DNA from: Rhynchobatus australiae
Taxonomy: Eukaryota
Direction: 5' to 3'
Length of the DNA: 63,811 nt
NCBI GenBank assembly: GCA_034780895.1
Contig: JAUZTB010000066.1
Location: 11,781,342 to 11,845,152 of the forward strand
The translations under genes were made by a program, and so were the position numbers. Every line of letters begins with the position of its first letter. Positions within the stretch are counted from its first letter, which is position 1. A model generated the notes under the pieces. It was not told the origin of the DNA and made no database searches. It was given only the letters and a program-made list of their open reading frames with translations. This document shows, piece by piece, positions 13,549 to 25,438 of this stretch.

Positions 13549-15109
13549 ATTAAACAGGATCTTAAGTAAGGTTGAAAAAAGGAGCATCACAGAAGATGAA
13601 ACCAGTCCAGGAGCATTTTGCACACTTGGTTTACTGACCATTTGAAAATAAGGGCACATGCAAAAGAAAATAGGGCAGTTGATGCAATTTTGTTAGAGAT
13701 TCCAAATTTACAAGTTTCACCGTATATTGCATAAACACTTGCTGTACAAAGCATCAATTTGGCAAACCAAGCTATGTTGATGAACACATCATTTTCTGTG
13801 TTGAGCTAGCAATAGTCTTGACCACGAGTTGTAGGCCAATACTGTGATGATTGTTTCTCAAAGCTAGAGAAAACAATCCCAGCTGAGTGAATACATTATC
13901 AGTGTTAAAAAGGCATTCTGTACCCTGCCCAGCTCACCATTGTCAGAGAGCCTCAGGGTTACCAACAGGCACTCTATGTTCTTTCACCATAGAGAAATTT
14001 ATACAGTAAGTACAAAGCAGTAATTACTGAGGACAGAGGGCCAACATATTGTGGTTCTTTTTCCCTTTTTCCAGACCAAGATTTGCAAGGATGGCAGGTC
14101 GCCAGGGTGACCAGTAGTGTGGAGAGGAGATGTATAGAATTGTTTCTTTTGCTTTTAATCTCTTTCCAATGAACGTCGCAGTAACTGTTGATATGGGCTG
14201 AGAACAGGATCATACTGAGCTACAATAATGTCAGCAATCAAAAGTAATCCATTGACAAAAGCAATCAAGGTTAACACTTTGCTGGCATTTTGAGTGATAC
14301 AGAAGGTTGACATGCTGTCAATCTGAGGAAAAAGATTTTTAAGGGAAATGTAGACAATTTGTTGGTTTAAATTATCAAAATCCTCAGTAGTTAATGCCTC
14401 ATGCTTGTTCTTCATTCTCAATACTTTTTATTGCTGTCTGTAAACTTGATCATCAGTTAAGCAAGTTAAATTGAGGATTCTCTTCAGTATGGCTTAAATT
14501 ATTCAGTGCTGAACCATATCTTTTCCTTAGGTCCTAGGATAAGTCAGATTTTTAAAAAAAATCTTCTTTATTTTAGCATTCTGTGAACTGATTTTTGGTG
14601 GTACTAAAAGGCAGCAGGTGCATGGGAACACAACTAGTTTACAAGTTTCACTGTATATTGTGTAAACACATGATGCACAGAGCATTTATTTGTTGCAAGC
14701 TGAGCCACATTGATGAACACGTCATTTTCTGTGCTAATTTCCTTCAAAGGCATGCTTTATCTCAGCTTCGATTATATATTGCTATTCCTTCTTCACCATT
14801 GGGTCTAAATCCTGGGACTCGCTACCCGACACCACCATGGGAATGCAATCGTCAGTAGAACTCCATTGGTTCAAGAAGGGAGCTCACCACCACTTGCAAT
14901 AAATGCTGACCTTACCTGCAATGTCCAAATCCCATTAAAAATGAATAAATAATCCAAGGTTGCTATGGGCACGGAGACCTCAAGTTATACGTTATAACGA
15001 GCACATGATTTGTGGAATACCATAATCCATTTCTGCTTTGAAAGATCAGAATCATATTTCCAAGTAACGTATAGCTCAATGTTAAGTATTTAGAAAGGTG
15101 TCTTCATTA

Positions 15110-16145
15110 TGATGCAATGTTTGCGTAACAGGAATAAGAATTGGCATAAATGAGTCATTTTCGGATTGCCAATCAGTGGGTCACCACAGGAGTCTGTGCT
15201 GGAGCCTCAACTATTTACAATCCATGTTAATGACTTGGATGAAAGCATGGAACATACTGTAGCCAAATGTCCTGATATAAAGATAGTTGGATAGGCGAGC
15301 TCTGAGGAGGATACAAAGAACCTGCAAAGGGATATAGTAGGTTAAGTGAGTGGACAAGAAGTTGGCAGATGGAGCACAACATTGGAAAGTATAGGGTTAT
15401 CCTCTTCATAAGGAAAGTTAAAAGAGAATTATTTAAATTAAATTAAATGACAAAATGTTGCAGTGCAATTAGATTTGGGGTTTTATGAAGATGAAATACA
15501 AAAAGATAACGTGGGTACAGCAGGTGATTAAGAAGACTAATGAGACATAGCTCTGTATTGTAAGGGATGTGGAGTATAAAAGTAAGGAAGTTTTGAGGCA
15601 ACTTTACAGTTGATGGTTGGACTGCATACAGTTTTGCTGTCCATATTTAAGGAAGGAAGTAGTTGCATTGGATGTAGTGCAGAAAAGGTTCACTGGGTTC
15701 ATTCCTGAGATGAAAGGGTTGATGTATAGGGAAAATAATTCAGCCTACTCTCAAAGAAGAATAGAATAAGAGGTGATCTTATAACAATGCAAAAGATTCC
15801 AAGGGGTGTTGAAAGCATGGATCCTTTAGTGGGGATATCTCGAACTATGGGGCATTGCCTCAGAATAAGAGGTTGCCAGTTTAAAGCTGAGATGAGGAAT
15901 TTCTTCTCTCAGTGGGTCATAGATCTCTGGAATTCTCTACCCCAGTGAGCTTTGGAGGGAAAGTTATTGAATATATTGAAGGTAGAGCTTGACAGACACT
16001 TGAATTACAAGCAGGTGCTATGGGAAAAGAGCAGGAAGGTGGTGTTAAGGCCAAGACTGGATCAACCATGATGTTATTGCACTGTAGAGCCTACTCAAGG
16101 TGCCAATTAGCCTACTCCTGTTCATTTTCTTGTGTTCTATATTCT
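15110..16145 (+). mobile_element. Degenerate CR1-like LINE (RT core to 3' end)
   Basis: PQESVLEPQLFTIHVNDLDE remnant of GVPQGSVLGP..F.IYINDLD; gatgaggaatttcttctctcag; ends about 100 nt before exon 3. Confidence 0.8.
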
Positions 16146-16247
16146 TATTTCCAATGGAATTGTTCAAAGTACCGTGTTACTCTTCATATTTTATAAAACC
16201 GCACAAAGTTTAAATGAAGCCTTCCACTTCACAACTTTTCTGTGTAG

Positions 16248-16384
16248 GAATGACACCAATGCAGCAACAACAGCAGCCGCAGCAGCAGGCATACCCCATG
16301 GTACCTTTGATGCAGCCTAACATGCAAAGCATGATGGGAATGAATTTTGGTTCGCAGATGCCTCCTGGATCAATGCCGATGCAG
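16248..16384 (+). CDS. SYNRG: SYNRG exon 3 (GMTPMQQQQQPQQQAYPMVPLMQPNMQSMMGMNFGSQMPPGSMPMQ)
   Basis: tgtgtAG|GAATG...ATGCAG|GTaatt; 137 nt; Met/Gln/Pro-rich N-terminus; inside ORF 16214..16396. Confidence 0.93.
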
Positions 16385-16692
16385 GTAATTAAGTAATTAA
16401 AATTTGACCTGTATTATTCTTCATCAGTATGATATTTAGAATAGAACATTTTGGCTATATTAATAGCTTCTGAATGGTTGGGTATGGTACCATATCCTTC
16501 ATAGATTTGACTTCCTAGTCTCCTCTATAAGATGTGGATGGTGTCAACAACCATGAGAAATATGAGCGAGAGTATATTGTGCCTAGATCATGCTTTCATT
16601 TATGCCTGAAAGAGGATAAAATGAGAAAGTCTAAATGAATCTCAAACAGTAGTTGAGCAACTGAAAGAGCTATCTAGATATGTGTTTTTTAA

Positions 16693-16876
16693 TATAAGAT
16701 GTCTTTATTAGTCGCATGTACATCGAAACACACAGTGAAATACATCTTTTTGCGTAGAGTGTTCTGGGGGCTGCCCACAAGTATTGCCACGCTTCCGGCG
16801 CCAACATAGCATGCCCACAACTTCCTAACCCGTATGTCTTTGGAATGTGGGAGGAAACCAGAGCACCCGGAGGAAA
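16693..16876 (-). mobile_element. Young V-SINE-like element (5' part in gap); truncated sister copy at about 4605-4712
   Basis: V-core gaatgtgggaggaaaccagagcacccggaggaaa on the reverse strand; tail ctttattagtc(a/g)catgtacatcgaaa shared with the 4605 copy. Confidence 0.75.
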
Positions 16877-17568
16877 NNNNNNNNNNNNNNNNNNNNNNNN
16901 NNNNNNNNNNNNNNNNNNNNNNNNNNNNNNNNNNNNNNNNNNNNNNNNNNNNNNNNNNNNNNNNNNNNNNNNNNNNNNNNNNNNNNNNNNNNNNNNNNNN
17001 NNNNNNNNNNNNNNNNNNNNNNNNNNNNNNNNNNNNNNNNNNNNNNNNNNNNNNNNNNNNNNNNNNNNNNNNNNNNNNNNNNNNNNNNNNNNNNNNNNNN
17101 NNNNNNNNNNNNNNNNNNNNNNNNNNNNNNNNNNNNNNNNNNNNNNNNNNNNNNNNNNNNNNNNNNNNNNNNNNNNNNNNNNNNNNNNNNNNNNNNNNNN
17201 NNNNNNNNNNNNTGTTGCATATTACTCAAAAGCTTTATCAAAATGAACACTGTACTTGATGGGCACTGTGCAAATGGAATGTTTGTTTAAAGGGTACACT
17301 TGGCTATCAATTGCTTTCCCATATGTTGTACAATGTTTACTTAATTACTAACAACTCACTCAAGTGTGTATTGGGCTACCATGGTGATGTTTCCATCAGA
17401 CGATTTTTATTATACAGCTGTACTAAACTAGGCTTAGAGGAGATGAGCAAGTTCTGGATATGGAACTAGCCAGGAAGGCGACTAAGTTGGACTGAATAAC
17501 TTTATTCATTTCTGTTACGTTCAATTGGAGGTATTGTTTTAATTACTTATACTCTTTACATCAATCAG

Positions 17569-17699
17569 GGTGGAATGGCAATGGGTCCAATGCCACCAGC
17601 TGGAATGCCATATATGCCACAGCATCATTACATGGCAATGCGTCCTTCTCCGCCACAATACACACCGGATATGCAAAAGCAGTTTGCTGAAGAGCAACA
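17569..17699 (+). CDS. SYNRG: SYNRG exon 4 (GGMAMGPMPPAGMPYMPQHHYMAMRPSPPQYTPDMQKQFAEEQ)
   Basis: aatcAG|GGTGGA...GAGCAACA|GTaaga; 131 nt; conserved PQYTPDMQKQFAEEQQ. Confidence 0.95.
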
Positions 17700-18359
17700 G
17701 TAAGATTGTTTTCTGTTCAGAATGATTTGTAGCTATTGTACAGCTTATTGTATTTCCTTAAAAATAATAAGCAAAAGAAAGCTATTGTTTTGGTCATTAA
17801 GTAGTGGAAATGACTTTGGAGGGCTGCAAATACTGAACAAATGATTAGCAGGTCACAAGCTGGTAAATGTGTTTCTTTGAGTGTTCCTGTCTTTATATGA
17901 ACCCAACAAGTGATAACTGTAAAAGTAAATTAAGTCATAGTTTTTTTCTTAACTTTATTGATTACTTGTGTCTCCTTCCACACTATAATCCCATTATACA
18001 GTATTCCTTTCCCAGTGGACTGTTACATATTACTCGTACTGACAATGTTAGAAGCGTTTCATTTTTTCTTGTATTGAAACCAGTCTGTACTCTCCAAGTG
18101 TAAGCTTCATGCAGAGTGGTTAGATTCTTGACTATTTCCTGAAACATTTGCATTAAAAATCAATGGCTTTATGATCAAAATATTCAACTGCAAAGCAGGC
18201 CAATTAATGTAATTTAATGAGTTAACTTTTGATAGTCTTGTCATTTAGTGAGGGATGGGAGATGGGTTAATCGGTTACTGTATTGGTACAAGAATGAAAT
18301 GTGAATTTAACAGTAACTATTCACTGTTATTTAGTCTTTGATCACTTCTGCTTTTCTAG

Positions 18360-18465
18360 AAAACGGTTCGAACAGCAACAAAAGATGATGGAAGAGGAAC
18401 GGAAGCGGCGACAATTTGAAGAGCAAAAGCAGAAGCTTCGTCTTCTGAGCAGTGTAAAGCCTAAG
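18360..18465 (+). CDS. SYNRG: SYNRG exon 5, coiled coil (KRFEQQQKMMEEERKRRQFEEQKQKLRLLSSVKPK)
   Basis: tttctAG|AAAACGG...CCTAAG|GTatca; 106 nt; near-identical to the recalled vertebrate SYNRG coiled coil. Confidence 0.96.
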
Positions 18466-21094
18466 GTATCACTCAGCAATTTTGTTCTATTTGGTTAACA
18501 TTTCTATATAAAGGGACATTCACCAATAGTAACCTAGTTTGTAACACATTTTATGTATTGGCAAAAAAAGTCTTTAGATGTTTCAGAACAGATACTTATT
18601 TTGGTGAAACTCAAAACTGTTTGCTATTGCCAAAGCTGCTTGTGTAATCTATTGGAGCGACTATAATGCTGCTCCAGTTCAGGGCCACATTCTGGGCTTG
18701 CATACACGCACTATGAAACAGAAGTCTGAGGTTTAATTACAGGCTTGGGAATCCCCATGGAAAATGCCAATTGATTTCAGTAGGGGTTTTAGGAGGCAGT
18801 GGAGAAGGTAAATTATTTTGCTTTAATTTAATGCTTTTAATAAATTCTCAGTGATTTGCATTTTTAGTTAACTTGAGTTTTAAAACCATTTTATAACTAA
18901 TTTTTTTAAATATTTACTTCAATTTTATTAGCTGTTTTCAAAGTGCTTCTGAATGTCTTTATTTAAAAAATAAAGCCCCCACCTGATTTTACCTTCTGTC
19001 AAAGGTTGTTAGAGGTATTTAGGGAGTTGGGCTTCTGCACTCTGCCGCCTGTGCCCTGTTGCTATGTGGACAATGCTGTTAGGCTCTATAAGGTGAAGGA
19101 CCAGAGAGGTATGCCCTCCAGATCCAGCCCAGGCATGCTCGGGTATGTTGAGCTGGGATTCTGTGGAATGAGTGCCCTGCATGATTGAATCCATTATTCT
19201 AAATGGGTCTGACCTATCAGTGTTGCGACACCCTTCCTTCAAAGGTTTGGAGAAGGGGTAAATGAACAAAGAAACTGAACTAACAGATCTTCAGAAACAG
19301 AAGAGGTTGACCACAGAAGATAACTTGATCAGGCAGTTGGGCTCAAGAAGATGCTGGCTTTTGTGCATGGTCACTTTTGATTTAACAGATTTATACATGG
19401 GTGATGGTACATTGAAAGTAGAAAAATTCAGCAAGGTTCCCAATCATGAAAATTTGTTGATACTAACCAAGTTCAAAAAGCCTCTCCCCTCCTTGCCAAA
19501 CATTGCTCATCATTTCGTCAAGGATGAGAGGTCCCAATAAGGCATGCAGAACCTCAAGGGGAAAAGTGCAAAAAATTGAGGGGAAAGTACTGAATGTCAT
19601 AAACAATGGCCAGAATTTTGCAGTCGGTGATATACATTTAGCACAAGTAGTTCATTACACAAATAATTCCCAATAGACTTTCTTCATCTCCACTGGGCAT
19701 TATTAGAAAGTGAACTCTCTGTGATGTCCTTAAAAGAAGTATTGGAACTTGCGTTGATGGAGTAAATGTTATTTCCTTAACAAATCAGCTTGAAAAACCC
19801 TTAATGACAGTAATTAGATCAATTAAGTCAAAATAAATTTTTGATTGAGAGATAAAAGGGGTAAGACCATTATCAATTTTAACAATTAAAAATCTGAAGC
19901 AATGAGACTTAACATTATTAAAAGTAAATTTTCATTGGCAGATAATATTATCTTGTGGTTAAAAATATATGTGTGCCTGAATGGACAAGCTCTTTGTTTG
20001 CTGCCAGGTTTAATTTGTATCCTTAATGTGAGTACAACAAGTTAATGCCTTTCTGTGTATTTAGATACTCTTAAAGAGATCTCTATCCGTATTGTTCTTG
20101 GAGAGGAGCTTGGACAGTAACTTCATGATTCCTGATTTGTATGTGCAGTTGGAGGAATTGAAGTCGTCTTTACTCTTCAGTAACAGTAGCTGCTGATGGC
20201 TTCTGAATAGCAGATCTCCAGCAAAAACAATTAATGCTGCCCTCTTTAATTCCTTTAAATAAAATCTTGGGTTGCTAATAATTGAAGAATATTTTCTAAG
20301 GTTATGAGGACACATTATTCATTCTGTGAAAACAGTGGAATTGTGTGTTTCAGGAACCATAAATTGGGATAGAGTGCAATCTGTCACATTGAATAATGTA
20401 TCATGCTGGATGGATTAATAGACTGAGTGTTTTCTTTATATAATGAGTTTTGTGAATTGTAGGGGAAATATTGGAGTTGCATACAATTTAATTCAGCAGC
20501 TGAGTGAATCCATTATGAGAAATTGTAGACGTTTTGGAGGGTTGATTTTTATTTTTGATCTGTTTTTATGTGCTTTAATGCTGCTGTGTTATGCTGGTCT
20601 TCCTTTGAGGGCAAACTTTTTCTGGCCTTGGTTTCCTGGCCTATAGAATCCAGCTGCTGGGAGTTGTATAAGAGCAGCTCCCACTGTACTCTTGTTTCCT
20701 TGGGATTCCTGTTTACTGCCTGTCCACAGTAACATGGACTGAAGTACCTTTATAATTTTATAAATGCAGAAAAATACAAGTGGTTTTGGTTCTCTACACT
20801 GTGCATCTTTAAGTTGCTCTACAGTTTCTATAGCAGTGTAGATGTTGCCCCAGTCATGAACTTTTTTCCCCCTGATTCTACACTGTCTTTCCGTGGAACT
20901 TCTTGCCATCTATTCATTTTTATTGGATCTGCAATCATATAAAAGAGTCAAGCACATTTTATATAAACTGCTTTGTTCTTTGCTTTTTTTACTCAGTGTA
21001 AGTCTAATACTTCTTGTTGTTTTATAAGTGCTTTTCTCCCCCAATTTCATCTAATTTAATAATAATTCACTTGTTTCTCTCATTCTGGTTTCAG

Positions 21095-21206
21095 ATGGGG
21101 GAGAAAAACAGAGATGATGCCTTGGAAGCCATTAAAGGAAATCTTGCTGGGTTCACAAGGGATGCAAAGATGCACCCAGGCCCCACTTCACATTCCAGTA
21201 AATCAG
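21095..21206 (+). CDS. SYNRG: SYNRG exon 6 (MGEKNRDDALEAIKGNLAGFTRDAKMHPGPTSHSSKS)
   Basis: tttcAG|ATGGGG...AAATCAG|GTcagt; 112 nt. Confidence 0.96.
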
Positions 21207-22994
21207 GTCAGTACTACTTTAAACAAATGAAGCTTATTATAAAAGTAAATGGCTATCAATTTAGATGCATAAAATTTGACAAGAAGATACTCTTGTCAAT
21301 GATTTATGCTTGTGATAAATGAATCGTGAGAAGAACTAAAATGATTTGAAACACTGCAGGCTTCCACCCATGCTATCTCCTGTCCCAGTATTTTTCAGTA
21401 CTGAGTGAAAATGATTTTCTGCTGCACAGCAGTCCACAAGAATAAATGGTGCCAATGTATTTCTTTTTGTTTTGCTCTCCACCCCTATACTAAATCTGCT
21501 TGCCAATAGCTTGGGTAGGGTGGGAGTCTGCTTCCACCAGTGGTAGAACATTGAGTTTTCAACGGGGAATAGGCACTGGCCAAATTTTAGATACTGAATC
21601 AGGGGTAGTAATTAATCTGTTTTGAAAAGGTAAAGGGAAAAGCACTGCAAATTTTCTAAACATTACAGTTCTTTAAGCAGTGAGGAAAATATCAATCCTT
21701 TGAACAGAAAATTCACATTTTCTGTACGGTATTGGCAACCAAACTTCAATTTGATTTCATTACTGCAGTTGGAAAATGTTGGCAATAAGCTTCAGACATA
21801 AGCCATTTTTGTGTCTTGTACATCCTAGCATTGTTGCCCATATCCAAAGATCCTTCTCAAAGGTATTTGCAACCTATTACTGGCAGGGAATAACCCTGAA
21901 TGTTGACAGAGCTGTGCCTCCTGTCAAAGAGAAACTGTTTCGTTGGCTCAATTGATGAATATAGAAGTGCACCAGAGGGATTAGAAAGGTCCTAGGCTTG
22001 ATCCCTGGTTTAGTCTAGGCTGATTTCAGCAGCATTGAGGACATCAAACATGGGTTTCTCTCTCCATGTGAAAGGAAAAGAAAAACAACCTATGATTTTG
22101 CTCTTGAATGTGTCTGGGAGATGAGGTTGGATCAGAATCGGTAACTGAGGTGACTCCTAGCCACTGCCACTGATTGCTAGCTCAGGTTTAGCCACTTGAA
22201 CAATAACCCATAAATGAATATTTAACATTATTTATTAAAATGTATTTTTTTAAAAAATTACATTTTCTAGTCAGTTTTATAATACTGAAGAAAATCCAGC
22301 CTCTCATTCAGATTTGAAATACTATATATAAAAAAACTGCTTTGATTTAAGTAATATAACTTCTTGTGTTAAGGCAATAGTCCCATTTGTTTTAATTTTC
22401 TAGACCCAAGGTGTCTGTCTTTGATGCCAATGTTTTGTTATTTACTGTTTGAGATGTATTAATATACAGTGTTACTACATTGGATTAATTCCTAAATTTA
22501 ATTGGATTGTGTTTTTTGTTTGATGTGTTACATGGCTCTTAACAAATGTGGAAACCTAACATGCTACTTTATCATGCTGTGGCTGCATCTAATCTATTCT
22601 ATCAGCAAGACTGCATCTAACAGCATACCTCTGAGTTCCTTAAGGCACAGGGGATATTATTTATGCTTTTTTTCATGTGTTAAGAATACTAACCAATTTA
22701 CACAGAATCTTTGGCTTTCCTACAATCTTGGTTGTTCCATTTGACTCTGGGGAGGGAAGAATCTGAATAACAATTATAACCTGCTTTCTTCTTTCGAGGT
22801 TATTCCTGGTCTGGTGTAGGTATGGCTGGCTGTTGTAATGCTTTCATAAAATAAGAAGTGCATCATTTGGAAATAAGCAGTGATAAACTGCTTTTTTTTA
22901 TATTTAACATGCTTTGGGGAAAAGAAACAGTAGACAATTGGGAAAAAAAAAGTATTCTCATATTTGGATTTGTCGTTTTTTTGCATGATTTTCA

Positions 22995-23340
22995 TACACA
23001 ATATTTAGATGTGGCTTGGTCAGATCAGCATTTAATGGCCTTCAGCAGAGGACAGCTTAGAGTGAGCCACATTTCTGGAGTCACATGTAGAGCATGCTGG
23101 GTAAGATTAGCAGGTTAACTTTTCTGGTATCAGTGAACCACTTAGGCTTTGCAATCATCCGGCAGGTTAATGATCATCATTATCGACACTAGTTTTTTTC
23201 TTAAACTCTAGAATTTAATTAATTATTTGAATTTGAATGCTCCAGTTGCTCTCATGGGATGCGAACTCACTTCTAGATTTTTATTCAAGGTCTCTAATTT
23301 GCAAGTGCAATAACTTAACCACGCTTCTATACCGCCATGC
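22995..23340 (-). mobile_element. Ancient SacSINE1-like SINE, reverse copy
   Basis: Reverse-complement similarity to 2920-3292 and 60915-61255. Confidence 0.55.
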
Positions 23341-24469
23341 TACTATGTGAAGATTGTTTTGCACTTTCATTGCAGTAATCTATATTCAGGTCATTTCCAG
23401 AAGACACGTGATATTGTATTCATAATGTGCAGATTTTTGCCATGAAATATTTTGAATAACATGATGGTCATTTGGCTAATTAGCACCATTCTGTCTTCTG
23501 CTGCACATAGTAATGTACCAAATATGTACCGAATTAATTGATTCTCAAATGTTGGCTGACAACAGAGAAATTAGTGATTTTGTATTTGCCATCAAAAAAA
23601 TATAGATAAATTGAAATCAAACCAAATAATTAATAACTTCTTGACCCATTCCAAAGAAAAATATGTTCAGGCAACAATTTGATGTCATAATGTCTAATCA
23701 GCTTTTTCTCACCATGCTTTTTGCTGCTGCTTTTAGTGCAATGGAAAGCAGTCATCGTTTGCAAGCTCTAACTCTTTGGCACTTAACCAATTTACAGGGT
23801 TTACACTGTGCTAATTCAGTTATTACCAGCCTTTCCTAACACTGTGTAATAAAACATTTTCAATGACTGTTTTAGTCAGCATAAACCCAGTAACTGAAAA
23901 GCGATGTTTTAATACAGTATGAAATGTCTATGAATTGAATCATAGAATTGCTCATTTATCATGAATCATTTATTAAGCCCTGAAATGTTGGCTCTTGAAA
24001 GTGTGGAGTTGGGAATGGAAGAGATCTGCAGGATTATATTGCCACCACCCCAAATTTATTATTCTCTTCTTCAGCACAAGTGTTGAGCTTAGCTGTTGGC
24101 GCAGCTTTGTTTTCTGTCTTTGGAAGTGTTACTTATAGAGTCTATCATTTTCTCACTAAACAGTTGTGTGCATCAGCAATGTTTATGCTGGTTTCCATGC
24201 TTTATTTTACTAATCTTTCCTCTGGTTTCACACACTTATCAATTTTCCTACATGCAAAACAAAAAAAACATGAAGGTTAATTTCTGAGAATTGGAGGAGA
24301 GATGCTTGTTCTGAAAAGGCTGTTATAGTCTGAGCTTCTCTGTATGTTTTTAGAAATAGATAAACTGATATTTGTTCAGAGAGTTAATATTTATCTGCCT
24401 ACGTGTACTTGTATTTTTTGATTCTTTAGTTTAATTTGTGTTGCCTTATTTTGATTTATCATTTTGCAG

Positions 24470-24742
24470 ATACTCCCCAGTCATCCCTATCAGCTGCCCC
24501 TCCTTCCCAATCCCCTGCTTTTTCTGACGATGAAGAATTCAGTGACTTTGTTCAAGGGCCTGATTCTGCCGCACCTGCGGCTCCCGCCAGTTTCCAGCAT
24601 TTCCAACCCTTCCACCCCACGTTAGAGTGTGGGCTGCAGTCTGAGCTGGCTGCAGCTCCGGCCCAGCCTGTTACTTCAGTCCATCCCAAACCTTCATCTG
24701 CATTGTATGCCACAGCAGGGTATTCAGCAAAAAACAGCCAAG
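24470..24742 (+). CDS. SYNRG: SYNRG symmetric (phase 1-1) 273-nt exon, probably a cassette (DTPQSS...PAFSDDEEFSDFVQGP...NSQ)
   Basis: tttgcAG|ATACTC...AGCCAAG|GTaaca; frame open; carries an acidic-Phe EEFSDF motif; length divisible by 3. Confidence 0.88.
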
Positions 24743-25198
24743 GTAACAANNNNNNNNNNNNNNNNNNNNNNNNNNNNNNNNNNNNNNNNNNNNNNNNNNN
24801 NNNNNNNNNNNNNNNNNNNNNNNNNNNNNNNNNNNNNNNNNNNNNNNNNAAGTACTGAACTTATTTTAAATTGTTGATTTTAAAAAAATACTCAAATTTA
24901 TGAAAAGGAAATTATTCTATTGAAATTGTGTGATTGCAAACTATTTTAAATTTATTAAATTAATTTATTATCTACTTTCAACACAAAAACATAACCATAA
25001 TGAATTATTTTAGATTTTTGATCCTTTATGTCAAAAGAGAGTGTTTGATTTTCTTTATTTAAATGTGGATACATTCTTAATTGCTACAGCATCTTTAGGA
25101 ATTGAGGCTTCATCTTTAAGTCTAAAAGTTCATTGTAACTAACTTTAAATTCGCCAAACTAAGCTGGGAAATGCTTGTTCCACCTCCTGTTTGTTTAG

Positions 25199-25438
25199 GC
25201 CTTTCATTGGAAGAGAAAATGTTTGCTTCCTGTGATTTCAGCATGCCTAAAAAGGCACACAATAAATTTAACAAGTCTGAGCCAATGGCCCGCATAGGGT
25301 CTAAAGCCTCAGTCTCGACTCAGTTTCAGCCCAGTGCCAAGGCCTGTAACTGGGGCATCCAGTCTGAAAGCCTCAGTGGTGTCTTCACAGCAGATATGCC
25401 AAAGGATCCAGAGCCAGAGTCACCTGCCAAAGAGAGTG
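25199..25438 (+). CDS. SYNRG: SYNRG exon (GLSLEEKMFASCDFS...PAKES)
   Basis: gtttAG|GCCTTTCA...GAGAGTG|GTgagc; 240 nt, phase 1-1; SLEEK..SCD motif matches SYNRG. Confidence 0.9.
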
